Source of the DNA: Myxococcales bacterium
Lineage (GTDB): Bacteria > Myxococcota_A > Polyangia > Polyangiales > Polyangiaceae
Direction of reading: 5' to 3'
Assembly: GCA_025359105.1 (NCBI GenBank)
Contig: JANYHK010000007.1
Span: 42,958-74,957, forward strand
Length of the DNA: 32,000 bases
Positions 25,707 through 32,000 of this stretch are shown piece by piece (the stretch's first letter is position 1; each line of letters begins with the position of its first letter). The notes beneath the pieces were generated by a model. The model was given only the letters and a program-made list of their open reading frames with translations, ran no database searches and was not told the DNA's origin. A program made the translations under genes and the position numbers.

Positions 25707-27116
25707 ATGCGGTGCAGCCGGTGGAGCGTCGGTCTGGTGGCGATGGGCGTCGTCGCGTCCGCGAATCGCCCGGCGCGCGCGGACGATCCGCCGACGCCGC
25801 TGTCCGACATCGCCGTCGCGCCGCCCGAAGAGCTCCATCGCAAACAGCGCCTCCACGACGAGGACCTCGCGCGCAAGAAGGAGGGCCGGTACGTCACCGG
25901 CCTCCCGCTCGCCAACTACGACCACGACATCGGCTTCGGCTTCGGCGCGCGCGTCTACTGGTTCGACAACGGCAAGCGGAGCGATCCTCTCTTCGCGTAC
26001 ACGCCCTACGAGCACCGCGTGTTCGCGCAGGCGTTCGCGTCCACCGGCGGCGTGCAGTACCACTGGCTCGACTACGACTCGCCGCACTTCATGGGCTCGC
26101 TCTTCCGCGTGCGCGCCAGCTTCGAGTTCCAGCAGAACATCGCGCAGAACTATTTCGGCATCGGCGCCCGCAGCCTGCAGCCGCTGTCGTTCCCGGGGTC
26201 GAAGGACACGTTCGCGCACGCCTCCGACTACGACGCGCACCTGAACGCGGTGCAGCCCGACGGCACCACGTACGCGCTGTACGACAAGTACTTCGGACGG
26301 CGACCCCAGGTCGCGTTCGCCGCCGAGCGCCACCTGCTGGGCGGCCTCGTGCGCGCGCTCTTCGGCGTCGGCCTCTCGAACACGACCATCCGCCAGTACA
26401 CCGGCACCAACACCGACGCCGACGGAGCCTCCGGGCCCGTGCAAGCGTTCGAAGCGCCCACGCGCCTCGCCCTCGACTGCGCGGCGCGGCGGATCGTCGG
26501 CTGCGAGGGCGGATGGGACAACGTGCTGCGCCTCGGCCTCTCGCTCGATACCCGGGATTTCGAGCCGGATCCGAACTCCGGCGTGTACGCGGAGCTGTCG
26601 AGCGAGTACGGCCTCCGCGGCCTCGGATCGGACTACGCGTACGCGCGCGTGCTCGGCTCGGTGCGCGCGTTCTACAGCCCGATCCCCAAGCTCGCCGATC
26701 TCGTCCTCGCCGGCCGCTGGCTCTACGAGGTGCAGACCAAGGGCACGCCGTTCTTCTCGATGAGCAACATGCCGTTCATCGACGACAACCACGCCGGCCT
26801 CGGCGGCTTCCGGACGCTGCGCGGCTTCCGCGACAGCCGCTTCGTCGGCCCCGTCATCGCGCTCACCAACTACGAGGTGCGGTGGACGTTCCTCCGCTTC
26901 CGCGCCGTCGGGCAGAGCTTCGGCCTCATCGCGGTGCCGTTCATGGACATCGGTCGCGTGTTCGACAACGTCTCGACGACCGGCTTCAAGGACTGGAAGC
27001 GAACGCAGGGCGGAGGGTTTCGGATCGCGTGGAACGAGGCGACGATCCTCATGGCCGACTACGGCTTCAGCGACGAGGACGCCGGGCTGTACGTGAACTT
27101 CAACCACATCTTCTAG
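25707..27116 (+). CDS. Outer-membrane beta-barrel protein, Omp85/surface-antigen (D15)-like, without POTRA domains
   Basis: There is a signal peptide, then alternating beta-strand-like sequence throughout. The GLGGFRTLRGFR motif resembles the Omp85 GG..LRGF loop-6 motif. The C-terminus ...LYVNFNHIF ends in an aromatic residue, as is typical of OMP beta-signals. Confidence 0.8.
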   Translation: MRCSRWSVGLVAMGVVASANRPARADDPPTPLSDIAVAPPEELHRKQRLHDEDLARKKEGRYVTGLPLANYDHDIGFGFGARVYWFDNGKRSDPLFAYTPYEHRVFAQAFASTGGVQYHWLDYDSPHFMGSLFRVRASFEFQQNIAQNYFGIGARSLQPLSFPGSKDTFAHASDYDAHLNAVQPDGTTYALYDKYFGRRPQVAFAAERHLLGGLVRALFGVGLSNTTIRQYTGTNTDADGASGPVQAFEAPTRLALDCAARRIVGCEGGWDNVLRLGLSLDTRDFEPDPNSGVYAELSSEYGLRGLGSDYAYARVLGSVRAFYSPIPKLADLVLAGRWLYEVQTKGTPFFSMSNMPFIDDNHAGLGGFRTLRGFRDSRFVGPVIALTNYEVRWTFLRFRAVGQSFGLIAVPFMDIGRVFDNVSTTGFKDWKRTQGGGFRIAWNEATILMADYGFSDEDAGLYVNFNHIF

Positions 27117-27240
27117 GTGTGTCCGCCTTGTGAGGGCGTCGAGAAGGTGCAGACGGGCTGGATCGGACGCGCCGGCAGCGCGCGATCGGCGCGGCGTGGA
27201 AGTCGGCGGAGGTCCAAGCAACATCGCGCACTTGAAGCGG

Positions 27241-27302
27241 GCTCGCGAGGTGGCCCCGCACTCCGGCGCGAGGTGCTCGCGAGGACGTGCGAGCGCGAGG
27301 TG
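27241..27302 (+). promoter_or_regulatory. Triple direct repeat CGCGAGGTG upstream of the GH76 gene (candidate regulator binding sites)
   Basis: CGCGAGGTG occurs at 27244-27252, 27267-27275 and 27294-27302. GCTCGCGAGG also occurs twice (27241-27250 and 27275-27284). All copies lie within 90 nt of the ATG at 27334. Confidence 0.3.
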
Positions 27303-27333
27303 CGGCACGGCGGCTGCAAACTTGGGGGTTGTC

Positions 27334-28986
27334 ATGCGACATGTGCCCTCCCCTTCTCTCCTCTTGTTGTGTCTGTTTGCCGTGCTCGCGGAGATGGCAT
27401 GCGCGAGCGCGGAGATCGGCGATCCGCCGGCCGTCGCGGACCCGCCGGGGGTCGCAGAGGTGGGCGGCGACGCAGGTCGGGACGGACGGGCGGCGCCGGG
27501 GGCGCTGCAGCAGGGCGACGACGGAGGAGCGGGGACGGACGCGGGCGCGGCCTCGGGCGACCTCGGGCCGGGCGGCGACTTTCGGGCGTACGCCGACGCA
27601 GTCGCGGCGGGGCTGCAGCGCTTTTACGATCCGGCGACGGGCCTCTTCCCGACGACCGGCTGGTGGAACTCCGCCAACGCCATCACCGCGCTCGCGGACT
27701 ACTCGCTTCGCACGGGCTCGCAGTCGTACGTCGCGGATTTTGGAAATACGTTCGACAAGAACCGCAGCAACAACTTCCTGAACGACTACTACGACGACGA
27801 GGGCTGGTGGGCGCTCGCGTGGATCAAGGTCTTCGATCTGACCCACGACGCGCGCTACCTCGACATGGCCAAGACGATCTTCGCCGACATGACCGGCGCG
27901 TGGGACGCCAAGTGCGGCGGCGGCATCTGGTGGAGCAAGGCGCGCGGCTACAAGAACGCGATCGCCAACGAGCTGTTCCTCGAGGTCGCCGTTCGTCTGC
28001 ACCAGCGCTCGCCGGGCGACGGCGCGGCCGCGGGCAGCTTCCTCGACTGGGCGAAGCGCGAGTGGGCGTGGTTCGACGCGTCGGGCATGATCAACGCCGC
28101 GGGCCTCGTGAACGACGGGCTCGACGCGTCCTGCAAGAACAACGGGCAAGCGACGTGGTCGTACAACCAGGGCGTCGTCACCGGCGCCCTCGTGGAGCTC
28201 GCGGCGGTGACCGGCGATCACGCGCTCCTCGATCGCGCCGCCGGGATCGCGCACGCGGCGATGAAGGCGCTCGCCGACGAGGGCGGTGTCCTGGGCGAGC
28301 CGTGCGGGGCTTCGTGCGGCGGCCCCGACGTGCCGCAGTTCAAGGGCGTGCTCATGCGCCATCTGGCGTCGCTCCACACGGCGACCGGCGCCGCGGATGT
28401 GCGCGCCTTCCTCGCCACGAACGCCGACTGGATCTGGAACGCCGCGCGCGGGGCCGGCGACGCGATCGGCGTGCAGTGGGCGGGGCCGTTCGATCGAGGC
28501 GACGGCGCGCGGCAGTCCGCGGCGCTCGACGCTCTGAACGCCGCGATCCCGTTCTCCGAGGTCGAGGCGAACGCGCTGCTCCACAAGAGCGCGACGGCCA
28601 ACGCGGCGTGCGCGGCGGATCAGGGCGCGGACAAGGCGTTCGACGGCGTGGGCGCCACGAAGTGGTGCGCCGGCGCGACGGCCGGCGCGTACTGGCTCGC
28701 GCTCGACGTCGGCAAGCCGGCGACGACGAGCCGCGTGATCGTTCGCCACGCCGGCGCGGGCGGCGAGAAGCAAGCGTGGAACACCCGCGACTTCGCCGTC
28801 GAAGTGAGCCTCGACGGGACGACGTGGTCCAGGGTCGCCACCGTGAAGGGCAACACGCGGCCCGTCACGATTCACCGCTTCGCGCCCGCGCAGGCGCAGC
28901 ACGTGCGGCTCGCGATCACCGGACCGCAGAGCGATCCCGCGACGGTCGCCGCGCGCATCTACGAGGTGGAAGCGTACGCGCGCTGA
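27334..28986 (+). CDS. Secreted glycoside hydrolase family 76 (alpha-1,6-mannanase-like) with a C-terminal F5/8 type C (discoidin/CBM32-like) domain
   Basis: A signal peptide and G/D/A linker precede the GH76-like motifs WWNSANAITALADY, YYDDEGWWALAWIKV (catalytic DD), GGIWWSK, NAIANELF and WSYNQG. The C-terminal region of about 130 aa (ADKAFDGVGATKWCAG...YWLALDVG...VRLAI...IYEVEAY) is typical of the discoidin fold. Confidence 0.88.
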   Translation: MRHVPSPSLLLLCLFAVLAEMACASAEIGDPPAVADPPGVAEVGGDAGRDGRAAPGALQQGDDGGAGTDAGAASGDLGPGGDFRAYADAVAAGLQRFYDPATGLFPTTGWWNSANAITALADYSLRTGSQSYVADFGNTFDKNRSNNFLNDYYDDEGWWALAWIKVFDLTHDARYLDMAKTIFADMTGAWDAKCGGGIWWSKARGYKNAIANELFLEVAVRLHQRSPGDGAAAGSFLDWAKREWAWFDASGMINAAGLVNDGLDASCKNNGQATWSYNQGVVTGALVELAAVTGDHALLDRAAGIAHAAMKALADEGGVLGEPCGASCGGPDVPQFKGVLMRHLASLHTATGAADVRAFLATNADWIWNAARGAGDAIGVQWAGPFDRGDGARQSAALDALNAAIPFSEVEANALLHKSATANAACAADQGADKAFDGVGATKWCAGATAGAYWLALDVGKPATTSRVIVRHAGAGGEKQAWNTRDFAVEVSLDGTTWSRVATVKGNTRPVTIHRFAPAQAQHVRLAITGPQSDPATVAARIYEVEAYAR

Positions 28987-28996
28987 GCCGCTCAGC

Positions 28997-29596
28997 TCAG
29001 CGAGCCGCGGCGCGGGCCTGCGCGAGGATGTCCCGTGGCGACGCGCGATCGGTCATGTTCTCGCCGACCTGCTTCCACGCGATGGTGCGATCCTTCCGCA
29101 CGACGAAGACCGACGGCACGGCGATGTCCTGCCCCTCCATCGCCACGCCGTACGCCGTCGCGACCTTCAGATCGAGATCGCCGAGCATCCGAAAGTGCAG
29201 CCCGAGCTCGCCGGCGAGCTTCACCGACTCGTCCGCCGCGTCGACGCTGATCGCGACGAGGCTCCCGCCCTCGGCTTCGAGCTCGCCTCGCATCTTCTCC
29301 AGCTCACCGAGCTGGCGGCGGCAAAAGGGTCACCAGAACCCGCGGTAAAAGACGATCACCGCGGGTCCCTTCGTGGTGAGCGCGGTGAGCGACGTCGTCG
29401 CGCCGGTCTGATCGGGCAGGGAGAACTCGGGCGCCTGCGCCGCGGCGACGACCAGCCCCGCGCGCCGCGCGATCGGGCGGTACACGCCGAAGGCCACGAG
29501 GGCGCCGAGCACGACGACGACGACGCCGAGCACGAGGCCGACGCGCTTGAGGATGCGGCGCGCGCGCGACGGCGTCTTGGCGGCGATCTCACTCAT
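28997..29596 (-). CDS. Membrane-anchored Prx-like/AhpC-TSA thioredoxin-fold redoxin, interrupted by an in-frame TGA at the first position of the CxxC motif (selenocysteine candidate or pseudogene)
   Basis: Track ORFs 29330..29605 and 28997..29293 are in the same frame. They are separated only by the TGA at 29330-29332 plus 12 sense codons. The joined sequence reads ...PAVIVFYRGFW-TGA-PFCRRQLGELEKMRGELEAEGGSLVAISVD..., so TGA sits exactly where Prx-like2/redoxin proteins have WCPxC. The N-terminal TM helix is VGLVLGVVVVVLGALVAFGV. The start is taken as ATG 29596. Confidence 0.6.
29299..29315 (-). other. SECIS-like hairpin downstream of the in-frame UGA
   Basis: On the mRNA the hairpin is CCAGCU-CGGUG-AGCUGG, a 6-bp stem (7 bp if the C-G closes to leave a GGU triloop). 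It starts 15 nt after the UGA, and the G-containing apical loop lies 21-25 nt after the UGA. As I recall the generic bacterial SECIS descriptor, the apical loop lies 16-37 nt from the UGA, which this fits. The stem is short. Confidence 0.4.
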
Positions 29597-29660
29597 CGGC
29601 GGCAACGTAGCACGGCGCCGGTGGCGCGTTTCAGCGTGTTTTCAGCCGTTTCGTGAGGGG

Positions 29661-29689
29661 TTGCCCCACCCCCGCGCGCGCCTTATGTT
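29661..29689 (+). promoter_or_regulatory. Candidate sigma70-type promoter of ssrA
   Basis: TTGCCC (29661-29666) is followed by a 17-nt spacer and TATGTT (29684-29689). This lies about 24 nt upstream of the mature tmRNA 5' end, consistent with a processed leader. Confidence 0.4.
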
Positions 29690-29712
29690 GCACACGCCTC
29701 TTCCCCACTTTC

Positions 29713-30073
<361 letters not shown>

Positions 30074-30105
30074 CTATCTCATAACAATTTCAAATAGATG
30101 TAATT

Positions 30106-31233
30106 TTACACCTCGCCAATTGCCGTCAGGTTGCCGTAGATTGGCGCGGGTTGCTCTAGAAGTCGGATCGCGCGCTCGGTCTCCCCTTGTGCGAGGTGCA
30201 TGTAGCCGAGCGTCGTGCCGAGGTCTTCGTGACCGGCGAGTCGTTGGATGCTGAGCGCCGGAGCGCCGCGCATCGCGAGGTGCGAGCAGAACGTGTGGCG
30301 CAGGATGTGAAGCCCTCCTGTGCCGCGCAGTTTCGCTAGCTGCTGCGCTCGGGCCATCCACTTCTGGAGGACCTTCGCGGTGACGGGCTGGCCGTCGTCC
30401 GTGTAGAGGACGCGAGCGCCGCGGAGATGACGATGCGCGGTGAGCGCTTCGCGTAGCCGCGTCGTCATGGGCACGACGCGCGACTTCATCCCCTTGGTCT
30501 CGGTGACCTTCCCCTTCCACGCCGAGCGCTCGATCGTGAGCAGCCCGCGACGCAGGTCGCAGTCTCCCCATTCGAGCGCGATGATCTCGCCACGTCGAAG
30601 CCCAGCATCACCGCCGATCAGAGTCAGCAGGTGGATGCGTGGATCGATCTTCTCGGAGGCGTCGACCAGCCACGTGTACTGGTCGAAGTCGTAGAACTTC
30701 GGTTTGCACTTCTGCCTCTTGAGGAGGAGGAAGCGGTGAGGCACTTCGCGGATCACCTTCCACCGCGTCGCGGCCCTGAACACCGTGTTCAAGGCAGACG
30801 CCGCGTTGTTGTAGGTGGCCGCGCCGTACTTCACGAGCACCCTCTTGAGTCGGTCCTCGTCCGCGGCTGCGAACGAATCGAGGCGGCGGCGAGCAAAGTG
30901 CGGGAGCAAGTAGTTCCGGAAGATGGACTCCTTGCTCTCGATGCCACTCGGTTTGTGCTTGTTCGCCACGCACCACTCTTCGATGAAACGCTCTCGGAAC
31001 GCTTCGAGCGTCGGGACCGGCCCCTCCACCACCTCCTTTCCATACGTCCCGTCGAGCAACGTTCCGCGGACGTCGCGCTCGTAGCGCTCGGCTCCGCGTT
31101 GCGTTTGCACGGGCGAGACCTTGCGGACACGCTCGCGCCTCCCGTCGGGGTGTTCGAAGTCGACATCGATCAACCAGAACCTCCGCGCCTCGCCCGTCAC
31201 CGGGTCGCGGCGCAACACACGTCGCACGCTCAT
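30106..31233 (-). CDS. int: Tyrosine-type site-specific integrase
   Basis: The ATG at 31233 has GGAGGA 7 nt upstream and overlaps the xis stop (ATGA). The catalytic-domain motifs are GLRRGEIIALEW (Arg I), HILRHTFCSHLAM (HxxR), LAGHEDLGTT and LGYMHL (Tyr). The N-terminal part is arm-binding-like. Confidence 0.92.
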   Translation of the reverse strand: MSVRRVLRRDPVTGEARRFWLIDVDFEHPDGRRERVRKVSPVQTQRGAERYERDVRGTLLDGTYGKEVVEGPVPTLEAFRERFIEEWCVANKHKPSGIESKESIFRNYLLPHFARRRLDSFAAADEDRLKRVLVKYGAATYNNAASALNTVFRAATRWKVIREVPHRFLLLKRQKCKPKFYDFDQYTWLVDASEKIDPRIHLLTLIGGDAGLRRGEIIALEWGDCDLRRGLLTIERSAWKGKVTETKGMKSRVVPMTTRLREALTAHRHLRGARVLYTDDGQPVTAKVLQKWMARAQQLAKLRGTGGLHILRHTFCSHLAMRGAPALSIQRLAGHEDLGTTLGYMHLAQGETERAIRLLEQPAPIYGNLTAIGEV

Positions 31234-31601
31234 CGTCGTTTCCTCCGTGAGCGCGAGACGCAACCTTGGCCTGACGCGAACCAGCGTAGCACCGCGTCGC
31301 GCAAGATCCGGTAGGTCCCGCCGATGCGCTGGCCGCCGGGAATAGCCCCACGCGCGAGAGCGTCGTAGACGGTCTTACGGTTCAGGCGGAGGAGCTTGGC
31401 GAGCTCCTCGACGTTCAGGAACTCGGACGGCGGCACGGGCGGCGCGGGCGCAACGTCGTTCGCCTGGGGGACGCGAAGCGAGGCCGGGGCGAGGCGACTG
31501 CTCGCCGCGACCTCTTCGACGGCCCCGAGGAGCGGCGCACGACGGCGCCGCAACAACTCGGGACCGCTCAACGCGCGAGCTTCGGCAAGCGCACGCGCCA
31601 C
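31230..31601 (-). CDS. xis: Excisionase-family helix-turn-helix DNA-binding protein (start uncertain)
   Basis: The C-terminal LNVEELAKLLRLNRKTVYDALARGAIPGGQRIGGTYRILRDAVLRWF matches the excisionase/MerR-like HTH pattern. The stop overlaps the int start. A shorter product from the GTG at 31436 (about 68 aa) is equally plausible. Confidence 0.7.
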   Translation of the reverse strand: MARALAEARALSGPELLRRRRAPLLGAVEEVAASSRLAPASLRVPQANDVAPAPPVPPSEFLNVEELAKLLRLNRKTVYDALARGAIPGGQRIGGTYRILRDAVLRWFASGQGCVSRSRRKRR

Positions 31602-31984
31602 GTCGCACCAACCTTGACCCCGACCACGCCGCCACCGAGGTCCGCGATCCGGTCGTTCCCCGTGCGCTTCGCCATGCGCCGAAAGCGGCAGCGAAGCGCG
31701 CGAGGCGACATGTGGAGGCGCGGCGCCGCGACCTCCGTTGGAAACAGCTGCCCCGACGATGGCGCAGCGTCCGCAGAACGAGGCGCTGTCGGCGGGGGCG
31801 TCGCCGACCGCAGAGTCGGCCGCTCGCTGCCGGGTCGCTTCGCGAGCGACACCACGGGTCCATCCTTGGTCGGCGGCTGCGGCTCGTCGCCACCAGCGGT
31901 GGAAGTCGCAGCGTTCTGCGACTCGGCGCTGCGCGGGGTCGGGTGGAGCACGGTCTCGGTCGGCGGTGCGGCCGGTGCGGGCAT
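31568..31984 (-). CDS. Hypothetical island protein, Pro-rich N-terminus, possible small DNA-binding C-terminus
   Basis: This is a minus-strand ORF upstream of xis. The C-terminus LHMSPRALRCRFRRMAKRTGNDRIADLGGGVVGVKVGATWRVRLPKL is weakly reminiscent of phage Xis/AlpA-type winged helices. The N-terminal 80 aa is low complexity, so the real start may be internal. Confidence 0.35.
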   Translation of the reverse strand: MPAPAAPPTETVLHPTPRSAESQNAATSTAGGDEPQPPTKDGPVVSLAKRPGSERPTLRSATPPPTAPRSADAAPSSGQLFPTEVAAPRLHMSPRALRCRFRRMAKRTGNDRIADLGGGVVGVKVGATWRVRLPKLAR

Positions 31985-32000
31985 CGCTGTCGTCGGCGTG

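Larger units (their letters stand above)
30074..32000. mobile_element. Left end of an integrative element/prophage inserted at the 3' end of ssrA (continues beyond the window)
   Basis: An abrupt AT-rich junction (CTATCTCATAACAATTTCAAATAGATGTAATTTTACAC) follows the tmRNA CCA directly. Next come a tyrosine integrase and a translationally coupled excisionase-type HTH gene. No second copy of the ssrA 3' end occurs in the window, so the far att site lies outside it. Confidence 0.6.

Noticed and set aside
24873-27335. 820-aa minus-strand ORF antisense to the anti-sigma and Omp85-like genes
   Set aside because: It has no motifs and a composition dominated by R/A/E/V. The plus strand carries clear anti-sigma and beta-barrel signatures. 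It is a typical shadow ORF in GC-rich DNA.
27100-28902. 600-aa minus-strand ORF and the 27117..29348 plus-strand alternative frame over the GH76 gene
   Set aside because: Only the frame starting at ATG 27334 gives GH76 and discoidin motifs. The others are Arg-rich shadow frames.
29615-29627. The 13-mer GCGCCGGTGGCGC recurs at 5596-5608 and 29615-29627
   Set aside because: It is a short GC-rich self-complementary sequence with only two copies in different contexts. This fits chance or generic hairpins rather than a repeat family (REP-like), and the genome-wide count is unknown.

Overview
This is a high-GC (by eye about 70%) bacterial chromosomal segment. The gene content and style look myxobacterial (Polyangia/Sorangiineae-like): many lipobox lipoproteins, Cys-rich secreted proteins, an ECF sigma module, and long spurious antisense ORFs.

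Gene order, left to right:
- 5'-truncated NAD-type formate dehydrogenase alpha subunit (Cys active site) plus fdhD
- a two-domain hypothetical protein
- a small lipoprotein
- a YqjG-type glutathionyl-hydroquinone reductase
- an alpha/beta hydrolase
- a minus-strand operon: heparinase II/III-like lyase lipoprotein, Gfo/Idh/MocA oxidoreductase, SDR epimerase
- a neighbourhood of four Cys-rich lipoproteins, interrupted by an RRM glycine-rich RNA-binding protein operon
- a gene remnant
- a secreted vWA protein plus a 1033-aa VIT-vWA-TPR-DUF2135 lipoprotein
- a divergent ECF module: a Tat-lipoprotein metallophosphoesterase with a CxxCH lipoprotein on one side, and an ECF sigma, ZAS anti-sigma and POTRA-less Omp85-like barrel on the other
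- a GH76-CBM32 alpha-mannanase
- a membrane-anchored Prx-like redoxin
- tmRNA (ssrA)
- the left end of an integrated element (tyrosine integrase, excisionase) that runs off the window

Most notable observations:
1. The redoxin has an in-frame TGA exactly at the first Cys of its CxxC motif, followed by a SECIS-like hairpin. It is either a selenoprotein or a pseudogene.
2. ssrA is occupied by an int/xis island.
3. The intergenic region between the ECF sigma operon and the phosphoesterase operon has a symmetric pair of ECF-type promoter motifs.
4. One lipoprotein carries repeated CX3C/CX2C motifs resembling Csp/DUF326 metal-storage bundles.
5. The vWA and VIT-vWA-TPR-DUF2135 genes form an adjacent pair.

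No CRISPR array, rRNA or canonical tRNA was seen. All calls come from reading motifs in the supplied translations and sequence; no database search was run.
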